Shown piece by piece: positions 54,543 to 64,000 of a stretch of DNA of 64,000 nucleotides (position 1 is its first letter; each line of letters opens with the position of its first letter). The stretch covers positions 25,730,001 through 25,794,000 of the forward strand of contig OX597816.1 in NCBI GenBank assembly GCA_951406725.2, read 5' to 3'. Both the position numbers and the translations under genes were made by a program. This stretch comes from Octopus vulgaris (taxonomy: Eukaryota). Below the pieces are notes generated by a model, which was given only the letters and a program-made list of their open reading frames with translations, did not search any database and had not been told where the DNA came from.

Positions 54543-54685
54543 GTATATATAATATAGATACAGGAGGGGTGCAAAAGTAGGTATATAGTAAGTATCACAT
54601 CAATGTTATGATACTTAATTAATTTAAATTATTAACGCATTAAATTAGTTAACCTCATTTTTGGTATTTTCAGTGTCATTAATCA

Positions 54686-55070
54686 TGGCTGTGTGCTAAG
54701 TAGCTTGCTTACCAACCACATAGTTACGGGTTCAGTCCCACTGCGCGACACTTTGGGCAGGTGTCTTCTGCTATAGCCTTGGGCCGCCCAAAGCCTTGTG
54801 AGTGGATTTGGTAGACGGAAACTGAAAGAAGCCCGTCGTATATATGTATATATATATATATTTGTATGTCTGTGTTTGCCCCTCCCCCAATATGGCTTGA
54901 CAATATCGCTTGACAACCGATGCTGGTGTGTTTACGCCCTCGTAACCTAGCGGTTCGGCAAAAGAGGCCGATAGAATAAGTACTAGGCTTACAAAGAATA
55001 AGTCCTGGGGTCGATTTGCGCGACTAAAGACGTTGATCCAGCATGGCCGCAGTCAAATGACTGAAACAAA
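54686..55070 (+). mobile_element. SINE family B
   Basis: Consensus match. Confidence 0.85.
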
Positions 55071-55337
55071 AGAAAACTTTTAATTCTTTTACGGTTTTTT
55101 TTTCATGTTTTTTTAATAACTGCATACCTACATTTGCACCATATATATATATATATATTTAAAAAAGATGTCGAACACGTGTTGTGATATATAAAGGAAA
55201 AAATCTATCAGGAAGGAACTCTAATCTCTCTTTTATATTTTGATAAGCATAACAATTGCGCATCCGGTAAAAAGAACTTTCACCTAATTAAATTACTTAA
55301 ATTACTTCAATTATTTTGTCAGCATTTTCTTCATTTC

Positions 55338-55395
<58 letters not shown>

Positions 55396-55607
55396 TAATA
55401 AATTAATAGATAAACCATATGCATATATACATACATATATGTACGTACCTACCTCTACATGTATACATACATGCATATATGGGTACAGGACACCAAAAAA
55501 AAAAGACCTCGAACACAATGAGAAACGAAAACATAAACACAAAACCAAGGAAATGGACATTTTTCTTAAACAACGAAAAAATAGAGTACAGGACATAGAA
55601 CACAAGG

Positions 55608-55655
<48 letters not shown>

Positions 55656-55666
55656 GGGGGGGAGAG

Positions 55667-55769
<103 letters not shown>

Positions 55770-56837
55770 CACACACACACACACAAGTACATATATAGTC
55801 ATTGGGTCACGCTTGCTTAGATACGTTCGTGTGACTATGATCCTTCGTCCAATCTCTATTTTCCATCGTATGCGATTGTTCCTCTCGGAGTATCCGATGT
55901 CATCTGTTAACAGAATGGCGTATATTCTGAAACCAATATGCGATTTCAGTCAAGTTGAATTATCTATAAATAAGATGTCAGTAACCAGCTGCTATTTACT
56001 CCCAGTATCGTTACTTGGAGTGTGGGTGGGGGTTTGCTTTTATTGGGTTGGCACATTTGGGGTTTACTGATAGGGTGTATTGAAATATGGTAGGCAGGGG
56101 CGAAGCCAGACTCAAAGTCTGTCCCGAGCAATACACACTCTAGGTACGCCATTGTTTATTAATCCAACAGAATTCAGTGAACTTTTCTTAGCCATATGAT
56201 AAAATGCGTTCCAGCCATGACCGCCCTGTTTCATTTCCAAATTCAGTTCATCTAGAAGTACTTTATGTAATACGCCCCTTTTATTTTTGTATTCTTTTTT
56301 GTCAGCAGCGTAGAGTGTGATTTGACTGCTATTTCTAACAAATGTAGCAGCCATACAGAAGGAAGTCTGATACATTCGGAAGCTCATTGTACAATCTTTT
56401 TGCAGTAAGGTCTTCTAATGTATATTCAACATGGTCAAGGAGCTATACTGCCGGCCAGCACAATTTCAAGGTATAAATGATAACGGGAGATAATTACCAA
56501 TGTCGAACAATTGAATGGAAGATAAAGAATTGAACAGGGCACCCAACAAGACTAACAACAAGCCTTGTCAAAGGACGTATTAGGTCTTCGTGGATCAACG
56601 GACATTCAGTTGGCGAAAGCAACAGCAAATCACCACAATACTATAGAACCAACAACTATAGGAAGTCGCAACGAAATAATGTTATGGTTTCAACTCGTAC
56701 GAGAACTTGAGCTTAATCGAGAAGACTCCCGTTGTAATGTTATCAAAGCGCTGCAAAAAGCTACAATATATGACGACGATAGATTTGAATCACAGTAATA
56801 TGAGGCACCATAAAAAATATCACCATTGGGAGTCACT

Positions 56838-57064
56838 GTTTCTTTTACTACCCACAACGGGCTAAACACAGAGGGGACAAACAAGGACAGACACACGGAT
56901 TAAGTCGATTACATCGACTCCAGTGCGTAACTGGTACTTAATTTATCGACCCCGAAAGGATGAAAGGCACAGTCGACCTAGACGGAATTTGAACTCAGGA
57001 GGTAGCGGCAGACGAAATACGGCTACGCATTTCGCCCGGCGTGCTAACGATTCTGCCAGCTCGC
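56838..57064 (-). mobile_element. SINE family A monomer
   Basis: Consensus match. Confidence 0.85.
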
Positions 57065-57804
57065 TAGTGACAAGAATATAACAGAAAGAGTCAATTGTCA
57101 CTTCCATGGCATATAAAAACACACGCTTGCGGAGTCGCCGGTGACTCTCTCGGTAGGTAAAGTGTTAACTACTGCCCGGTCTAATTTGTTTTCATCATTC
57201 CGAAGACAATAAACTAAGTACAGTCGAAAAAAATAAATACAAGGATCAATATTATCGATTATACCTTAGAATATAATGGCTCAAAATGGCCGTAGTCCAA
57301 TTTCTAAATCATAACAATAAAAGTAATAATGAAATCATAACGAAAAAAGTAATAGTAAAAAAAAAATTAACAAATATCGATTGTGTGCTTACATCAATTA
57401 GAGATCGATAGCTATTTCTGTTACCTTGTGATAAGCACTAAATTTGTTGTTATGATATGCTTATAGAAATACTGGGGTGGGGGGGTTAGGGCAGTGTTAG
57501 TAACATTGATTCGTAGCAAGGATTGGGGAGATTCAGTTTCCAGTTATACGCACATGAAAGTGCATATACACGGATAAACAAGCAAAGACACGCATAACCA
57601 TGGAAAAATACATGCACATACATGCAAATATACATTCCTACATGTCTCTCGTTCAAGCTCTCTCTCTCTCTCTCCTCCTCTGACTCCTTTCTTCCGTCAG
57701 CTGTTTCTACATGCGGGTGTGCGTGCGTATTTGTGTGTTAGAGTGTGTGTGTGCTTGCGTGTGTATTTTTGTATGTGTGTGTGTGTGCTCACGCGTGTAT
57801 CTTT

Positions 57805-58203
57805 CTCTCTTTCTCTTTTACTTGTTTCAGTCATTTGACTGCGGCCATGCTGGAGCACCGCCTTTAGTCGAGCAAATCGACACCGGGACTTATTCTTTGT
57901 AAGCCCAGTACTTATTCTATCGGTCTCTTTTGCCGAACCACTAAGTGGCGGGGACGCAAACACACCAGCATCGGTTGTCAAGCAATGCTAGGGGGACAGA
58001 CACAGACACACAAACACACACACATACATATATATACATATATACGACAGGCTTCTTTAAGTTTCCGTCTACTAAATCCACTCACAAGGCATTGGTCGGC
58101 CCGGGGCTATAGCAGAAGACACTTGCCCAACATGCCACGCAGTGGGACTGAACCCGGAACCATGTGGTTGGTTAGCAAGCTACTTACCACACAGCCACTC
58201 CTG
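57805..58203 (-). mobile_element. SINE family B, full length
   Basis: Consensus match. Confidence 0.9.
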
Positions 58204-59075
58204 CTGTGTTTATGTGTGTATTTGTGTGTGTGTATGTGTGTGTATTTGCGTGTGCGTGTGTGTTTGTGTTTGCGTGTCTATTATTGTGTGAGTGTTGGTG
58301 TATGTATTTGTGTGTGTATTTCTGTGTAAGTGTGTGTGTGTGTATGTGTGTGTGAGTGTGTGTGGTAGAGGAGTAAGGGCCGATCGGACGTGGTTCTTCC
58401 CGCTGATGTCTTGAGCTAACTGGATCCTATAAAGGAGCTGTTGTGGTAGCAGACCACGAAACATGGTTTAAATTCCTCCTTGTTTTTCTGGGTTCTTTTT
58501 TATCTCTTTAGCTCTCTTGCTCTCGACCACCATATCCTACGAAAGAAAACTTACATATAGATGTGTGTATATTCCATCATTCGTTTAGTCATAATTTACC
58601 TGGCGAAACTAAGAGTAACAAGAGACTGATTCGACCAAAAATGTAATATAACCTTGTTTAAAATCCTTTTGTATATTTTCAAGTGACTCTGCAATTTGGT
58701 AATGCACTTCACATACATATACATGCATGAAAACTTACATACATACATATAGATACATATATATATAAGCACACGTATATACATACATATACATACCTAT
58801 ATATGTATGTATATACACATGTATAGATGTATCTCTCTATGTGCGTATGTATGTATGTGTGTGTTTGTGTGTTTGTGTGTGTGTGTGTTTGTATACGTTT
58901 CAACAATTCCTTTAGATTCCCATAAGAAACGTGATGCTCACGACAAGAGGGATATAACAACAGATTAACAGATTAAAAGTATAAGAGTTGACAGAGCAGA
59001 ACGCATAGTCATGGGTTTTATGTATGACGGAAGGAAACCAAAATAAAGAAGCGGTGGAAGACAAAATGCGTGCGC

Positions 59076-59125
<50 letters not shown>

Positions 59126-59470
59126 TCAAACATAGAGAGTGTAAGAATGTGTGGGATTGAGGAGTGAAAAATTTGGGAGACCGAGTAAAATAATAAAACA
59201 GAAAGAACTGATGTAAGATATCTACTTCAGATGTTTTCTATCGCCTTCTTCCATTGCAAATTCTTCCTTGACAACCCAGTTTTATGCCAAAGCTCTAATT
59301 GCATGTTTTTGTTTGTCTCCAAATCAACCTTGAACTTGCGTTTCCTTTTTGAATCATTCTGTGATTCAGGGAGATCTAACTACCGTATCCACCCAGTCGA
59401 GAAACCAAGTCGAATGTCACTTGTTTTTGTCGTTTCTCCCTCCAAGATAGTCCTGATAGAGCGTATATTA

Positions 59471-60037
59471 TTGGGTTGTCCGGAAAGTTCGTGCCGATTT
59501 TTAAAGGGAATGAAATGGTCAATAAATACTTGCCATTACATTTTTGATCAACCAAATATGAACCAAATATGAACCACAATGCGTCTCCATCTTTCCTTTA
59601 ACTTGAAAATACCCTCTTCCCAGAATTGAGGTGGTTTCATGGCAAACAATTCATCAAGGTATCTTTTTACGTCATCCAAGGAATTGAATTTTTTGCCATT
59701 AAGACTATTCTGTAGAGACCTGAATAAGTGGAAATCCGAAGGAGCAATATCTGGTAAATATGGATGGTGGGGTAACACATCCCTGCCAAGCTGCAGCAAT
59801 TTTTGTGTGGTTCCCAAAGCATCAAGTGCCGAAAATTAACTTTCTCATCTTACATTTTAAAGGGTTACAGAATTAACACAGGTTATAGGAACGTCAACCG
59901 TCTTCCACGAAAAGATAGCTTAAACTGTGCTCTAAATGGAGGTGTAGTCAAATCCTATTTTATGGACTCAACCATGTTCTAAAATAAGTCGAAATGCAAG
60001 CTACTATAAATCGGCACGAACTTTCCAGACGACCCAA
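59471..60037 (-). mobile_element. Internally deleted mariner transposon, copy 2
   Basis: Same TIRs, TA flanks and deletion breakpoint as 13893-14458; HHPYLPDIAPSDFHLFRSLQNSL..FWEEGIFKLKERW. Confidence 0.95.
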
Positions 60038-60039
60038 TA

Positions 60040-60270
60040 TTTCTCTTCTATTATAAACATAGGATCTGAAATTTTAGATGAGCGGGTTAAATCAATTACC
60101 TCGACCACCCCACACCAATTTCCAACTGTTGTTTACTTATTTTATTGACCCAGGGAGATGAAAGGCAAAGTCAATCTAGACGGAATTCGAAACCAGAACG
60201 TAAATCCAGAAGATATGCCGCTAAGCATTTTTTTCTGGTGTGCTAACGATTCAGCCATTTCGTCGACTTC
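60040..60270 (-). mobile_element. Old family A SINE
   Basis: GATGAAAGGCAAAGTCAA..CGCTAAGCATTT..GCTAACGATT. Confidence 0.65.
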
Positions 60271-60787
60271 AGCAAGAAGCATATTATTAAAGACTGTCCT
60301 AGCATTCACGTTTTTATTCTAATGTATTCCAGGCATGACTACCTCTTCTGTTTTACAACTACACGGTCCATTAGATGCCACACGTTTCTATGATGGTAGT
60401 GTGGTATTTGAGCGAGATTTGGCTGTTGTTTCTAGCAGCTCAAGCAATCCTGTAGAGGCATCTTCGTAAGAAGATACAGACGGTAACCATAGAAGAGATT
60501 CAAAATGTTATTCATAAATTACGTGTGTGTGTATGAGTGTGAGTGAGCGTGTGTACGTATGCGTGTCGGCGTGTGCATATTTATATAAATGCACACTGAC
60601 ACATCTCTCTCACACTCTCTCTCAATATATATATATATATATATATGTACATATATTCATATATATGTAATATATATACAAATATGTATGTATATATATA
60701 TGTGTATATATATATACATGTATATATATGTATGTACATATATATATATGTATGTATATATATTCGACCCTCATGCATATACAAGTT

Positions 60788-60826
<39 letters not shown>

Positions 60827-60835
60827 GTGTATATA

Positions 60836-60886
<51 letters not shown>

Positions 60887-60942
60887 ATATATGTAAGTAC
60901 ATATATATATATGTATATATATTCAACCCTAATGCATATACA

Positions 60943-60983
<41 letters not shown>

Positions 60984-61011
60984 CATACATATACATACCA
61001 TCATATACATA

Positions 61012-61063
<52 letters not shown>

Positions 61064-61441
61064 CTTTTGCGTGTGTGTATGGATAAAACCAGAAATCGAG
61101 AGAATGAACCGGTGTGATAGAGGGAGAAGGAAAAGGGAGAGGATATTTTGGTTGCATTCAATATGGGAAGATAAAGGCCGTTGAAAGTAGGGAGATAAGA
61201 AGCAACGCAACACTGGCTGGCTAACGTGTAAACTGGTTTCCAAGTGTTTATGTTTTTGGGCGGTAACTTTGGAAACCGGATTACACGAGATTATATCGTG
61301 CTCTCTATTAGTGATGTATATAGTCGTATAGTATTACAGCTTTTAGGTCAATTAAAGCAATATTTCGTAATGAAACTCGGTTAGCAATCTAATATATCTG
61401 TGTTCTGGTAACTATGATTACCGAAACACTGAATCCGGAGC

Positions 61442-61479
<38 letters not shown>

Positions 61480-61604
61480 GCATGCATGCATCCATCCTTC
61501 CATCCATCCATCCATCCATCCATACATGCATACATGCATACATACATACTTACATACATGCATGCATACATACATGCATGCATACTTACATACATGCATG
61601 CATG

Positions 61605-61670
<66 letters not shown>

Positions 61671-61878
61671 AGTAATTGAATGAATGATCTTATTAAGGAT
61701 AATTCGAAAGATAACCGATACCTGGGTAGCAAATTCACATCAGAAAGAACACGGTTGAAGCTACGTCCTTAGGGCATAGACTACGTGTCTTCGGAATTAG
61801 GAATATGCAGCCTTCGAAACATATGTCGAGAATAAAGGATATTTGTTAACTAGTCGTTCAACTCCATTCTTTCATACA

Positions 61879-61930
<52 letters not shown>

Positions 61931-61951
61931 TACATGTATACATACATACAT

Positions 61952-62015
<64 letters not shown>

Positions 62016-62263
62016 GAAATTTAGAGAAAAACAAAAGACGAAGATGGCGGGGTGTTGTGTTGTACCAAGCTTAACAAGATGTACTGAGGTTGATTCGATT
62101 CGTCCAGCATGGCCGCAGTCCAATGACTGACAGAGATAAAAGATAAAAAAATAAATGGAGATCATCTAGTGCCGGGGTCGATTTGCTCGACTAAAGGTTA
62201 TGCTCCAGCATGACCGCAGCCAAATGACTGAAACAAATAAAAGAATATATATATATATACGAA

Positions 62264-62309
<46 letters not shown>

Positions 62310-62952
62310 TGTATTATATGGCGCTCATATAAATATATCTTTTATATATATATATAGAAAGAAACACGGAGAGAAACAAGGAGAGAGAAAAATGCGTGCA
62401 TATATATACATACATGCATACATACATACATAAAATTATAATGAAGGGTATCAAAAGAGATAACACCATCCTAGATATAGAAGTCAAAACCTGACTGTAA
62501 AACCGCATCATGTTTTCATACAGCGCAGGTGAAATGATAAATGAACAAATACACTAGCAAAAGATTAAAGGATAATCTCAGATCCCAATTTCTGACTGTG
62601 CATAGATTTGCCCTGCCTCATCAGTTGGTCGTGGTGTGGGTGAACGAGTATCTGTTAACGAATTAGTGCTCATCTTCGACAAATTGCTTCGGTACCAAAG
62701 GTACTGCATATTCAAGGTATTTTTGACTTATGATTATGATCTTTGATCCACGTTCGATCTTCGATAGCCAATACACTCTCAGGTTGGAGACACAAATGGC
62801 TGACACCGATTTTCTGAATGGTTGCGACATGTTTTCTCGTGATTATTGGTTAATTTAAATTCTATCCTACAACAGCAAACTTATGATCAATGATGTTCCA
62901 ACAGTCTCATTTAGATACATATTTGACCATATTTTTGACTGTGGCCTTCTTT

Positions 62953-63389
62953 GGCATCTTTTCGGTTTGAACAGCAGTTTTTTCTAGCGGTGTCATATGA
63001 AATTGTCACCCATAATCATGACCCTAGAATCGATCTATTGCATTTCAATCTGAGTTAGGGTTAGTTAGGGTTAGAGTTAGGGTTAGGGATGCGGGGAAGG
63101 GTATCTTTTTTTCTTCACAAATGTAAATAAACCCAATCTGTTTCTTAAACGAGGGACATATTCATACGGAACAGAATGTTTTTTTTACCTCAATGGGCGT
63201 CCTTGATTGGTTGAAATTGCAGAAATTGAAGAAAAAAAGCAACAAATAACTTACAAACTATAGAATTTTCTTAATAAAGCCAAGAGAAAAAGATGTTTTA
63301 TAAACACATTCTATCAGTATACGAAGTTTAAAATTTTTTAGTTACCTAGAAATTATGTTAAAAACTGCCGTTCAAACCGAAAAGATCCC
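62953..63389. mobile_element. MITE with ~30-bp TIRs and internal TTAGGG-like repeats
   Basis: GGCATCTTTTCGGTTTGAACAGCAGTTTTT and AAAAACTGCCGTTCAAACCGAAAAGATCCC; TSD unclear, superfamily not assigned. Confidence 0.8.
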
Positions 63390-64000
63390 TACTTTGTTTC
63401 GAACTGTCTTAAATTTGGCTTTGAAAACTCTCTCGAATCATTGGAAAAGTTTGCTAGAGAAAGATTCCTAGAAAAATTTTTACTAAATGAGAAAAATGAA
63501 GAGAATGACACGATATACAGACTAAACAAATACTTATAAATTAATGAACTCGGCAGAGCAGAGCACGCAAACAAATGAAAAAGAAGGAAGGAATATTGAA
63601 GACGCATTAAATTTATACTCATAAAATAATCTAAATGTAAAAGAAAAAAATAATAATAATATAATAACATCAAACGTCTGGCTGTTTCAGTAACAAGTTA
63701 GTGTTATAATATTATCAAGTAGGTGCTAACTAAATTACAAAGACCAGACAGGAAAACTAGAAAATTAATGACCATATTTACAATATAATACCGAAAATGG
63801 GACACCTAAAAAACTGTTTTTTACTCCGGATATAAAAACGTAGTGGCCTCCAGCAAAGTGAAAGTAAAGAATATTATAAAATATTTGCTACAGGACTATC
63901 AAAAATCTCTTTCGTTTATTCTTTTACGGGTTCCAGTCATTGGACTGCAGCCATACTGGGGCATCGTCTTGAAGGGTTTGGCCCACGAAACCACCTCTAC

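Noticed and set aside
56400-56830. Possible LINE remnant or exon (also 6440-6700, 11500-11760)
   Set aside because: Stops in all frames and no motif I can identify with confidence.
63050-63090. Chromosome end
   Set aside because: Only a few imperfect TTAGGG units, internal to a TIR element.

Overview
AT-rich eukaryotic DNA made almost entirely of microsatellites and short interspersed repeats. The SINE families and microsatellite density suggest a cephalopod (Octopus-like) genome; this is inference, no search was run. Nearly all listed ORFs are microsatellite artefacts. The only convincing host coding signal is two small minus-strand exons (2716-2746 and 1086-1124) that splice in phase into a signal-peptide-like N-terminus, MKTFHLFGLIVTAAIISQLYTEV, so the rest is probably upstream or 5' intronic sequence. 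Repeats include four tRNA-derived SINE families, R4/Dong-like LINE remnants and a non-autonomous element in (TAA)n, two deleted mariners, Helitron/Helentron derivatives, a solo LTR, a MITE, and satellites. Most notable: (i) a SINE-SINE-U6-SINE concatemer inside one 16-bp TSD, plus other SINE multimers with the same junction; (ii) (TA)n-inserted remnants with hammerhead-like cores, two forming long fold-back palindromes; (iii) a compact degenerate tRNA array; (iv) two mariners sharing a 146-bp flank outside the TIR. Coordinates were read by eye; repeat boundaries are approximate.
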